A stretch of DNA of 64,000 nt, from assembly GCA_032718475.1 (NCBI GenBank), contig JAUCBJ010005855.1:1-64000 (forward strand), written 5' to 3'. This stretch comes from Nemertoderma westbladi (Eukaryota; Animalia; Xenacoelomorpha). Both the position numbers and the translations under genes were made by a program. Below the pieces are notes generated by a model. The model saw only the letters and a program-made list of their open reading frames with translations, had not been told where the DNA came from and ran no database searches. Positions 11,456 through 22,306 of the stretch are shown here, in pieces (within the stretch, counting starts at the first letter, position 1; each line of letters opens with the position of its first letter).

Positions 11456-14400
11456 CTACGCAGGATAAACTTGCACTTCACACACCGTCAGGTGCTCGTT
11501 TCTTCCTTGATACACCACCACATACCGCCCACTCTTTCCGTGGCAAGATAACGTGGTGACGTCACTACCATCGTTGATTGTACCACAAAGATTATTAGTG
11601 TTGCTAGCGAGACTACGGAGGTATGAATCAGAAAGGCTATCCACCACAAATACCTGTAAAAATGTAATGTAACTAATTACAATAGGTGAGCGGAGAAAGG
11701 TGGGACAAAATTATACATTGATAATAATCAATTATGATCTGCCAATTTTGCCCTAACAAAGATACAAGATTTTTTATTAGAGATTTTTTTATTTAAGAGT
11801 TATATTACAAGATAGAAATGAGCGCTGTAAAACAAATTTATCCACATATAAATTTTAAAAATTGAACGAAAAGTGAAACCTGGTATTCTTCACATCGGGC
11901 GTATTTAAATATCTCAGCTTTCAGAATTTATGGTTTTAGAGGCGTATATTTAATCTTTCTTACAAGTTATAAATCCCTTTCTACCATATTTTTAAAACGA
12001 CGACGATTTTTATATTATTATAAATTGTAAAATAACAGCATATAATTAATTGACAATAATTTTTCTTGTCCGTTTAAATCACACATAATGTCAATTTTTT
12101 TACTTTTTATGTCCGCATGTAGCCTAAACAGTTAAATGAGAGAATGATGGTAATTAATAAACATATTTCAGAATTTTAGTACCGGCTGAACGGCTACCTT
12201 TTAAATAATTAATAAATTTTAGATAATTGATATATATCTGGACAATCATTTAAAATGGATCGACTACTGTAATGTTATGGGTAGCTGTAGTGGTACCTCT
12301 AAATCTATAATGTAGTTCTAAACTAACAGATCAGTCCTCATACAATGTGTTCGAGAAATCTACTTATTCCCATTTGATAGCGAAAACACACTGATATCGA
12401 AAATATCGGGTCGGTTTTAGCTAAAAAGCAAAGAGGTTGTGCCAATATAGGATACTGTATATAGGATACATATGTATATAGGAACATATAGGATACTGTA
12501 TACAACTGTAGCCTACGTAATGTAAAATACTGTAATGACGGGGTAAAATGTTCCTTTTCCCCAATTGGTAAAGTGGTATTTATTGTTTTGGTTAGAAACA
12601 CCCGCTCTGTAACCTGCTACTTTCCATCAATTGGTAATTGTGATCGTTTATTATTGTTTTAGTTAGAAAAGCCCGCCTATATACGGTAACATGCTCCTTT
12701 CCCCCAATACGTAAAGTTTATTGTTATGGTTAGAATAGCCCTTCTATGTAACCTGCACCTTTCCCCCAATAGGTAAAGTGATCGTTTATAGTTTTGGTTA
12801 GGAAAACCCGCCTCTGGAACCTGTTCCGTTGCCTCAATATGCCTGACTCTGGAACCTGCTCCTTTGCCTCAATGGGTATAGTGATCGTTTATTGTTTTTG
12901 TTACAAAAGACCATCTATGTAACCTGTTCCTTTCCTTAATTTGATAAAGTGACTGTTTATTATTTTGGTTAGAAAATACCGCCTCTGTAACCTGCTCCAT
13001 TCCCTCAATTAGTTAATTGATCGTTTATTGTTTTGGTTAGAAAATCCCGCCTCTGTAACCTGATCTTTTCCCTCAATTAGTTAAGAGATCGTTTATTGTT
13101 TTGGTTAGAAAATCCCGCCACTGTAACCTGCTCCTTTCGCTGATTTGGTAAAGTGACCGTTTATTGTTTTGGTTAGAAAGCCCGCCTCTGTAACCTGCTC
13201 CTTTCTTTCATTTGGTAAAATGACTGTTTATTGTTTTGGTTAGAAAATCCCATCTCTGTAACCTGCTCCTTTCCCTCAATTAGTTAAGTGATCGTTTATT
13301 GTTTTGGTTAGAAAAGCGTGCTTCTGAACCTGCTCCTTTCCATCAATTGGTAATTGTTTTTGACTATAAAATTAGTGTTTTGCTACGTCACATGATAATG
13401 GATTATCGACAACAACTACAAACTATTAAACAATTAAAATTACCACAGGCGCATATGGAAATCTTTCTTATAGTCTATAAATCATGGAATTTTGAATGTT
13501 TTGCCACAATTATTGTAAATTAAACTGTCTGACAGTCAATAAATCAACAAATTTTTAATGTTTTGGCACAGGCATAGTGAAATCACCTGTCCGACAGCCC
13601 AGAAATCAGCTATCTGACAGTTTGAAATAATACATACATACTGTAAAAAGTCATTAAACGGACAACAAAAGTCATTATCCACAAATCGTAAAAAAGGCGG
13701 AGAAAAAAAGTCAAATAAACGGACATAAAAAGTCACTGCCTAAGTGATTCCATTACCTTGGCACCGATAATTCTATCACTGCAGCAGTCTTTCCTGTTGT
13801 ACACCTTAACGTATCCAATTTGTTTCGAGTTACCAAGATCAACGTGCCACCACCCTGGGGCGATGTTATCGGAGTGGGTGCACGATTTACCGCCGTTAAA
13901 GTCACCGTTGGTGTTGCCATCGTTACCATGAGAAGCGGCCCCGTTTACATTCGATTGGGTATCCTGCCCAGCTGGTAGACCAACTGCAATGTTACCAGGC
14001 CCGACCTCGACCTATTAATTATTATACTCTATATAATAAAATCTAAGTTAATGGAAGGCAAAATCAACAACTACTTACGTAAATACAACCGATTAGATAT
14101 TTCAGATGGTTAACCTGACATATATAAATATATATGGGCCTCTGGTATTTAAAGAAACTTAAATCGCGTTTTACCTCACACAGAGTAAGATAGTCGGGGC
14201 ATGGTTGGTAGACTACAAGATAACGACCCATGTTACTGTTACAATCAATTCGGATGACACTGTCACCGCAAGTTACTTCACCGCATCGATAAGCTCCAGA
14301 TGACTGGATTCCTCTAAGGTAGCTGTCAGATATATCGTTGGTAAGGTACACCTTGATAATAAATTTAAAAAAAAAAAAGTTATCCAAAAACATACTGCTA

Positions 14401-15253
14401 AACAATATCGGTACGGTACTGTAGTAGTGCTTATTACAAATAACAAGCCCGCAGTTTACATAAAATCAAACCGACCTTTCTAAATTCCAGTTACAAATAT
14501 TAATAACAAACCATATTTTACGGCCAAAAAAAGGGCGAGTACAAAAGAAAGACCCAAGACTTTACTCCCCGTTCTGTACAAGACAAAGAGGTAAATTCGT
14601 GTTAAGGCCCAAAGAGCATTAGCTCCCACTCTGACATTTAAAGGAGCACGTTAGTGAGGAACTGAGTGTTGGAGGAATCAAAACAATAAACGAAAGTTAA
14701 CACATGTTACAAGATTATGCAGGTCTTTATAATTGTGTCTTTGTTTTGTTCTCACCCCCAAGAAGTACTTAAAAGTGTAACGTTTAATATCATTTTTTTT
14801 AAACACTGCACTCAGTATAAAAATATCATCACGAAGTCCAAATTACCTGCGCTCCAATAATCCGGTCAGCGCAGCAGTCCTGTCGATTGTAGATGGTAAC
14901 CATACCAACGGACGGCTGTTTGCCACCTTCTAACAGGTCTACATGCCACCATCCAGGGACTATATTGTCGGTGTGGGTGCACGATTTCCCATCGTAATCC
15001 TGGTCCCTGTTTCCATCCACTGCGTTGCCTGCACCACCGTTGGCGTTGTATGTGGTATCCTGAGAAATTATAATCGTTCTAAATAAAATCGTGGGCGAAT
15101 TCAGAACCGTGATATTTGAGGAAAAAATACAATTTAGAAAATTAAAGGGATATCATGAAATAACTCACTCACCTGCCCAGTTGGTTTCTTGAGAGCAAGA
15201 TTGGTCGCCGAGGCAACGGCCACAAACAGAGTAAAAACTAATAGTGAACGCAT
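11456..15253 (-). CDS. Secreted F-type lectin (fucolectin/FTP family), two tandem domains, ~307 aa; exons 15173-15253, 14847-15059, 14175-14351, 13757-14011, 11456-11653
   Basis: Signal peptide MRSLLVFTLFVAVASA, then NLALKKP, AVDGN, SCTHT..., WWHVDL, NRQDCCADR / NRKDCCSDR (fucose-binding H...RxDxxxxR), GRY, LTLCEV/LTVCEV. All four introns are GT-AG, phase 0, and the frame is open to TAG. Confidence 0.93.
12545..13355. repeat. ~68-bp minisatellite (~12 diverged copies) in lectin intron 4
   Basis: gatcgtttattgttttggttagaaaatcccgcctctgtaacctgctcctttccctcaatt recurs; an inverted fragment lies near 49040-49090. Confidence 0.92.
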
Positions 15254-15357
15254 GTTGGTGGAAATGGGTTGAAATGGTCTAAATGGTCGTGTTGGGAAAA
15301 TAACTTTTGTTACTTTTGTTGAGTAATTGTGAGAATTAAGATAGATAGCACAGCTAT

Positions 15358-15563
15358 AAGTATTATGGATATGCGGGTTAAAGAAGGACTTTAACATAAT
15401 TATCAACCACATGCTGTACATCTATATCCTATTCACTACAATAAATGTTCTGTACAAGTATTATTGATATGCGGCTTAAAGAAGGACTTTAATATATGAT
15501 CAACCACATGCTGTTTCATCTAGAGGCCTATCCATTCACTACACAAATTGTTCTGTACAAGTT
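15358..15563. repeat. ~100-bp tandem duplication upstream of the lectin start
   Basis: aagtattat.gatatgcgg.ttaaagaaggactttaa...tcaaccacatgctgt...gttctgtacaagt occurs twice. Confidence 0.8.
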
Positions 15564-15990
15564 CTGTAGTTATGTTACTAGAATTCCAGGGGTAGTTTTA
15601 CCGTAATCTACTAAATAGCCATATGTTAGAATTTTCAAAATGTAGGCCGGTGTTCGGACACTTCCCCCCCGGCCATTTGGTAAGGTCAACGGACCGCTTG
15701 TATCCAGATAAGTTGTATCCAATTTTCCTTTCGTAGCTCAGAAAGTGATCTTTTGCATCCCGATTTTACATTTTATAACCAAGTTTTATCAATGCAATTA
15801 CATCGTATTGTTTGCTAATCTTTAAACAATTAATTATATTAGATGACCTATATGATGAATTATTTCACTATAAGGTAGCATTTGTAGTTTAACTTTAACG
15901 TAAAAACTTTCGAAAATCCGACGCATTTTGATTAAGTTACAGTAATGTAATATGCCTATTCATATTTGTACACATAAAACCCTTAGGTAC

Positions 15991-16065
15991 TCTCGTGGCG
16001 TAGTGGTCAGATGGTTAAGGCGTTGGTTACATTACATAGGTTACGAGTTCGAATCCCGGTCGGGA
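15991..16065 (+). other. tRNA-like/SINE-head cassette (Pol III A and B boxes) inside the LTR; also at 33284-33358 (+) and ~54507-54583 (-)
   Basis: TGGCGTAGTGG / TGGTCAGATGGTTAAGGC (A-box-like), GTTCGAATCCC (B box), ends TCTCG/CGGGA can pair. Confidence 0.7.
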
Positions 16066-16111
16066 AATTTGTATTTTGGGGCCATTTATTTTCGTTTGGT
16101 GCTAATTGGTA

Positions 16112-16385
16112 GGCCAATGAGAAGCGTACAACGTAGCGAATGATGAGCCAGGCCAATCATAGGGCATAAATTATCTTATTGCTCAAATGTGAGGCAGTGG
16201 AAAATTCTGTTAGGATTCCATGTCCCAGATTAGTGTAAGGGCCGGATTGCGTTGAACGATGAGCTGGGCCAATCATAGGGCACGAAGCACTTTATTGCTC
16301 AAATGTGAAGCTGTGGAAAATTCTGTTTAGTTTCCATGTGCGATATTTAGTATAAAAGGCCGGTTTGCCTTCGGTTATCACTCTT
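16112..16385 (+). promoter_or_regulatory. LTR Pol II promoter: three GGCCAAT boxes, TATAAAA (16351) and Inr-like TCACT (~16380)
   Basis: TATA-to-Inr spacing ~29 nt. Two CCAAT boxes lie in a ~116-bp tandem duplication that is single-copy in the 53724-54707 LTR. Confidence 0.65.
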
Positions 16386-19170
16386 ACTTACTTCTTAGAA
16401 CCTAAATCCTTACTCTTGTAAAAATTAGTTTATTCGGTTTCTTGTTGAAACTTCGTTTGATAATTCCTTTGTAAAACTGTAAATATACTGCAAATTCCTG
16501 AACATGTTTTCTTTTGGTCCAACTTTGGGACAGCCAAACATCAGGAAGATGGCAGCCTAGACCGTTAGGCCGTAAGCAACGCAGGGAAAAGATGTCCACA
16601 ACACGCTAGCGCCCACATTGGATTGACCGCGCACCCCCTTTGCCCCTTCGAAATACTCCACTTGCCATGCAGCGCCCGCTTTGTGAGAAAGGCAAGACTT
16701 TGTTCGACGCCCTTGCCCGCCGTAAGACCTATAGATCAGGGTAAGCGTGACGCCGTCCTGGACGCCGCAAATTTAGGATCAAATAATTATATTCAGACAG
16801 AAACACCCCCCCCCCCCCCCCCCCCCTTTGTCATGTCCTACGAACCCCTGGGTTAACCTGTACTTCCTACAGGTGCGAACTATTGCCATTCGTCAGTATG
16901 CGAGTACATATTAGGTACGGACAGCATATGTTCCATAATTTAGTGATTCGTAGCACTGACTGTTTGGTACCGGTTCGCTTTGTAGAACGTACATTAGTAC
17001 CCCCCCCCCCCCCCCCCCCTGTCTGGAGTTAGCTATTTGATCAGGCAAGGAGCATTTCTGCTACCGGCACACTGCTTGGCCTAGGGAGGTTTTATTAATA
17101 TCCTACCGCGCCTTGCCACGTACTGATAGGTATTGCTGCTAACTACCGCAGCAACAAAGTTCTAGAATTAAATTAGTATACCAGATCAGCTAACGTACGG
17201 TAGCGATTAACCCCTATTTCTTATCTTACAACCAGAATCTGGTATTAGTGCCGATCCGGGTGTAGTTACTAACACCGTGGTTGCCCATTGGGTTGTGGAT
17301 AGGAAGGAGAGAGCTTTGACGTCATTTGTGAGTATAAAGTTCTACAAAACGCGACTAGTTTATTTTAGTAGCTAGCGCATGGTATCATTTCAGTCAGAAA
17401 ATCACTAAAACCTAGTAAAAGGAAATACACGAAATTGTTTTATTTGTAACACACCCACACACACACGCCCTAAAACATATTGCCCTTAGAGTTCTACTAG
17501 CTATAGCGCACTATACATTATTTTAGGTAGAAATTATCTGTATTTGTAAAATTAGGATCTGATTTAGTTGCGGCAAGAGAGAGTATTTCATTTTCGTTAT
17601 TAAACTGTTGATTTCTGTCCAGCAGTATTGTTACATTTAGGCTTGACCCTTTAGACTGATTTCGTACAGGGGGATCAGTTATCGTTACATTTAGGCACGA
17701 CCTTTTAGGCTGATTTAGACAGGGGTAATCAGCATTGTTACACTAGGTCTGTTAACCACCTAGTTCGTATATAAACCATATAAATCACACCGCGGCAAGT
17801 TACTGTATTTAGGACTGTCAGTGATAGTTAGGATTCGCTGCGCGGGGATTGTTTTTCCGTGAGTTTGGTCTGTTACTGTAACTGTACATCTGCCTCACCG
17901 GTTAGAGGACAGGTATCCTTTTGTCTAGTACGTAGGCATTAGACCCGCTCACGTACATAGAATAGATACTAGGCTCTGTTCCTCGCTTTAGTTTAGTAGT
18001 CGTTTGTGTATTGTATCTGTTTGTTTAGATATCCTGGACTGGGATTTGTTGTCAGATACTGTACGAGCCCATATACATTACTAGAGTCTCATAGTAAGAT
18101 ACATCGTTACTAGGATCTGGTAAGCGGTATACTACTGGACCCTTACAGTAGGAAGTATTTTATTAAATATCTCGACCGAAGGTGCGTGCGCATTTTAGGG
18201 TGAGATATATATATAAATATAGTTAGCTATTGTAAGTAAGAAGTACTATATAAATTAGTGTATAGTATAATTTAGATCTGTTAGCTATTGAAAGTAGGAG
18301 ATATTTAAAAATTAAGGTTAGTAAATTTAGTAATTTAGAACGTCCCCTGCTTCAGTAGGCTCTTAGGGTAGCTAGTACTTTCGTATTTAATATTTGACTA
18401 GCTAACAGTTAGTTTGTAGCACTTTGTTTTACGCTGTGTGTGTGCGGTGTTACTTTCGGTACTTGAAAAGGTACATAGGGTTTAAAGACCAATTTGTATC
18501 GGTACCTAGGAAGATTTTTCGTAAGCGTAGAAGTAAAACTCTCACCTTCGACCTTTTCAGGACTCAAGGACTCATTTCTGGACCGCTTCGAGGATTAGAC
18601 CGCTTTTCGCAAAGTTTGGGAGACAATAAATTCGTCCGCGCCGCCGAAAAACGGAAAGACCCACGTCCGGTTTGTATTTGGGAATTTGTACGACTGGAAG
18701 ATCAAAGGAACGTAAGTTTTACGACTCGCGTCGTTCAAACTTAAGAAAGCACAGTAGTACTCAAAATTTGTGGGTTTCACTGTCTATTAGTAGTGTTGTT
18801 TGTACTTATTTTCCCGTTAGACGTTGCTGTTTAGCCTATTATTTGTACTTGTTGATCTATATTTTGTTAACGTATATCGTTATCTCATTTATTCGTACAA
18901 ATTTAGCCGGTAGGCTAGATTACTACTTATTTTATTATATACTTTGTTAGTTTATTTGTACCGGTTAGGATATATATATGATATATATATATATCAAGGT
19001 AAGTTTGACATTTGTACATTTCGACATTTTGACATTTCGACATTCTGACTTGTTGATTTATTTGTACCGGTTAGGGTATATATATACTATATATACCAAG
19101 GTAAGTTTGACACTTCAACATTCAGACACTTTGACATTTTATTACCCGTACTTGACGTATATAATAAGAC

Positions 19171-22100
19171 ATGAGTGACACACCCCATTCGACGAGATAC
19201 CCACCTACCGACTATGACTCGTGCGACCCGGACAGATCGACAGTAGACGAACCAAGAAGGAGAACCCGAGATTCCACCGATGTCACACCGCTTGCGTCAC
19301 CGGTACCCCGAACGGAAATACCGGAAACCGCAACGCGTGGCGACGGCAGAATCGAAGATTTCCTTACCGTCCCGCAGACTAGATCACGGGAACCGGACAT
19401 GGTAAGTTCGACTGGAAGCCAGGAGAACGTTATTAGAAGTATAGGAGGACACATGGCCCAGATTACTCGGATCCTCGGAGAAGGTTTTCGCGTTTTACGC
19501 GAGTTAACCGCCCCGATGTCGAGATATGAGTTCTACACCTTACAGGTAAGGATAGAAAGTAGGGTACATGCCTCCGTAGATAAACTTAAAGGTTTACATG
19601 AACTTGCAGAGTTGCGCGGCGACAACTTTACTCAGGTAAAGATAGTAGATAAATTAGTAAGTGCGAGAGAAAGCATTATCCAGTTTAAGTCAGTAATAAG
19701 ATTGGCTCAACAGGAGCAGTTTGACCAACTGCTAGGTGAGTCAGTTTCGGACGCGTTGTTACAACCCGAAGAGGAAAAAGAACTCTACTGCCTGGACAGA
19801 AGGTTGGAAACGCTTACCAATTTTCTTCGTAGATGTGGCGTACCGATCGACGAACCGGAAGTCGAACCGCGAGGGACGACGGAAGTTCTCACTACGGAAG
19901 GCTCGCGAGCCTACCAACATCCACCACTGGATAGATCGTTCGTTAGCGTACGGAGCGACGTTGGCAACGTTGGCGACGTTAGTAAAACAGCGTCTGTAAT
20001 TACTCGACAACAACAGGAGGTTGCACGCCGACAACAAGTCGCCGAGGAAGAAGCGCAACACCAGATGGCACAGATCGCCATCGAAGGAGAGAAACAACAT
20101 AGAGAGGACGAGGCAAGAATTGCGCAACTCAAGGCGCAAGCCGAATTCGAAGCTTCGGAAATGCGCAGACTGGAGGAGGACTTAGCGCGAGAAGCGGCGG
20201 CAGCAGCCGACGAGTTAGCACGAAAGAAAGCAGCATCCGACGCTCGTGCCAAGTTGGAGGCGCGACAAATAAACGCTCGATTAGCTATACAGGAAGCGGA
20301 GTTAGCGGCACAACAACAAGTAGCGGATCGACGCGAAAGGGAGATGCAACTACAGTTCGAATTGAATCGTAGATCGCGCGAGACAGCGAACGCGCAAGCG
20401 GACCTCGAACTCGACGCGAGAGATAGATCTATAAGATCGCGAACTGGACACGACTTGTCTGCCCTGGATTGTATGGAAGCTCGATATCGCGGAATACAGA
20501 AGCAGATCGAGGAAGGAAGTGTGGGAGCGATAGATCGAGGAGAGGAGTTCGTCGAGGATTACTGTAAACGTTTTCCCCAAGTTATTCCTATGCTCAAACC
20601 CACGACTCCGATAAAACCGGTCTTCGTTACGAAACCTAAGGAAATAACGCCTGTGCGTTCGACGCAAGGCAACAGGTTTGTTGTGACGGAAATACCGCAA
20701 CCTAGGGCGACTTCATCACCAATTTTAGCAGGTAACATAACTAGTCCACCTACAGTAAGTCGTAGTCTACTTGTAGGAAGAGAGGAACCTGCGTTTATGA
20801 CCATTAAACAGGTGAGTAAACCATTACAAGTTAAACCTGTGACGTGCTGTGCAAATCCAGTTATTTACAGACCGACTACGAAACCCGACTATTTCACTCG
20901 ACCGTTGACACAATGTTCGACGCAACCTACGACTTCGTGGAAGGCTTGCGAGCCTACCGAACTACGGAGGAGGATGGATGTGGGTAGTACCCACAGGATC
21001 GGACAACGTATAGCGAGACCTACGACTTCGTGGAAGGCTTGCGAGCCTACCGAACAACGGAGAGCCGTAGATTCCAGACCACAACGGACGAAACCGAGAA
21101 TAATACGCCGGACACGAACCCGCCAGCCACCTTATCCGGACGACAGCGACTCATCTAGTGACTCGGAGTCGACGGAACGGGAAATATTCCGTACTGGAGC
21201 GGCGGAAGATTACAAACGAGAGGAGAGGTCGACGAATCCATACATCGACAATCCACCTCGAGAAACACCCCAACAGAAACCCACGTTGAAACCAGCGGAA
21301 ACGATCAGCGCTAAACAGTTCACCGAGATGACGGACAGAATAGCTCAACTCGAAGAACGACTCGAAGCGCAACCGTCGGATCGATCTCGAACCAGCGTGG
21401 AGTTGGAACAACCTAGACAACATCGACCACCGAGGAGAGAACAGGAGACTAGACGGACTCCGACACATCGAGAAGATGATCCCGTTAATAATTCCTACCG
21501 ACGAACAACGCGCGGAAGGGAGCGACTGGACGACGCCGCCGAACAGGGACGCGGACAGTTGGATTTGGTTAGCGAGATTGCGAAATTCGCGGCTAGACAC
21601 AGATTACCGGCACAGCAACCGCCGAAGTTCTCTGGCAACGCGAAACACTGGCGCACACTGGTAGACTACGTAGAGTCCCAGATCGCTAAGTGTGCTTTCA
21701 CCTCGACGGAGAAGTTTAATTACTTGCTCCAAGTTCTGTCTGGTGAGCCGAAACGATTAGCGGAACCCTTTATTGGAGTTCCCGATGCCTTCGAGTTAGC
21801 ATACGATTGTTTATATTCGATTTACGGAGGTAATGTCGCCATGGCTAAATCCATTATTGAAGACCTCTGCAGAGGAGGCAACATTTCGAGACCGATCGAC
21901 CTTTTACGACTCGCGGACGAAATAAAGAACGCTATAGGGACTTTACGGTCCATTGGACAACTCGAGTACGCTAACGCACCGACGGTTCTCATTCGAATAA
22001 TCGGTCGACTTCACCATCGACTACGACGAGACTGGCGACGCATCGAGTACCAGCGCGAAGAGGCCGGAGGGTTATTAAAACTCACCGATGTCTATCAACT

Positions 22101-22287
22101 GATTTCACGGGAGGCCGTGATCGAGACTCGATCGAACTATACCGATCACCATATCGCGGCGGAAGGGATAGCTATTTCTGCGCCGAATCGGACAAAACCG
22201 TTTCCGACGAACGCGAAAGCCGTTACTTACGCCACCCCTACTGAGACTTCTAAAGTTCTGACGCCTATCGGCACCACGCAGCCATGA
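19171..22287 (+). CDS. BEL/Pao gag (coiled coil plus DUF1759-like capsid region); ends at a premature TGA
   Basis: PKFSGNAKHW...EKFNYLLQVLSGEP motif. The minus-strand copy reads through this point (TKQPQQQLPADFEGC), so the stop and the nearby 2-bp deletion are lesions. Confidence 0.9.
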   Translation: MSDTPHSTRYPPTDYDSCDPDRSTVDEPRRRTRDSTDVTPLASPVPRTEIPETATRGDGRIEDFLTVPQTRSREPDMVSSTGSQENVIRSIGGHMAQITRILGEGFRVLRELTAPMSRYEFYTLQVRIESRVHASVDKLKGLHELAELRGDNFTQVKIVDKLVSARESIIQFKSVIRLAQQEQFDQLLGESVSDALLQPEEEKELYCLDRRLETLTNFLRRCGVPIDEPEVEPRGTTEVLTTEGSRAYQHPPLDRSFVSVRSDVGNVGDVSKTASVITRQQQEVARRQQVAEEEAQHQMAQIAIEGEKQHREDEARIAQLKAQAEFEASEMRRLEEDLAREAAAAADELARKKAASDARAKLEARQINARLAIQEAELAAQQQVADRREREMQLQFELNRRSRETANAQADLELDARDRSIRSRTGHDLSALDCMEARYRGIQKQIEEGSVGAIDRGEEFVEDYCKRFPQVIPMLKPTTPIKPVFVTKPKEITPVRSTQGNRFVVTEIPQPRATSSPILAGNITSPPTVSRSLLVGREEPAFMTIKQVSKPLQVKPVTCCANPVIYRPTTKPDYFTRPLTQCSTQPTTSWKACEPTELRRRMDVGSTHRIGQRIARPTTSWKACEPTEQRRAVDSRPQRTKPRIIRRTRTRQPPYPDDSDSSSDSESTEREIFRTGAAEDYKREERSTNPYIDNPPRETPQQKPTLKPAETISAKQFTEMTDRIAQLEERLEAQPSDRSRTSVELEQPRQHRPPRREQETRRTPTHREDDPVNNSYRRTTRGRERLDDAAEQGRGQLDLVSEIAKFAARHRLPAQQPPKFSGNAKHWRTLVDYVESQIAKCAFTSTEKFNYLLQVLSGEPKRLAEPFIGVPDAFELAYDCLYSIYGGNVAMAKSIIEDLCRGGNISRPIDLLRLADEIKNAIGTLRSIGQLEYANAPTVLIRIIGRLHHRLRRDWRRIEYQREEAGGLLKLTDVYQLISREAVIETRSNYTDHHIAAEGIAISAPNRTKPFPTNAKAVTYATPTETSKVLTPIGTTQP

Positions 22288-22306
22288 CAACAGTTGCCGG
22301 CACTTT

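Larger units (their letters stand above)
15853..16935 (+). repeat. 5' LTR of family A (1083 bp)
   Basis: TGATGAAT...GTTCCA. Matches 33146-34235 apart from ~4 substitutions seen by eye and poly-C length. Confidence 0.93.

Noticed and set aside
15991-16065. Functional tRNA gene
   Set aside because: Acceptor and anticodon stems imperfect, doubled A-box region; recorded as tRNA-like only
16806-17019. Poly-C tracts as functional G-quadruplexes
   Set aside because: Length varies between copies and similar tracts occur elsewhere in the window; no specific support
17378-17392. CA-TGGTATCA as a Met-type PBS
   Set aside because: Not conserved in the second copy (CACGGTATTA) and far from the LTR end
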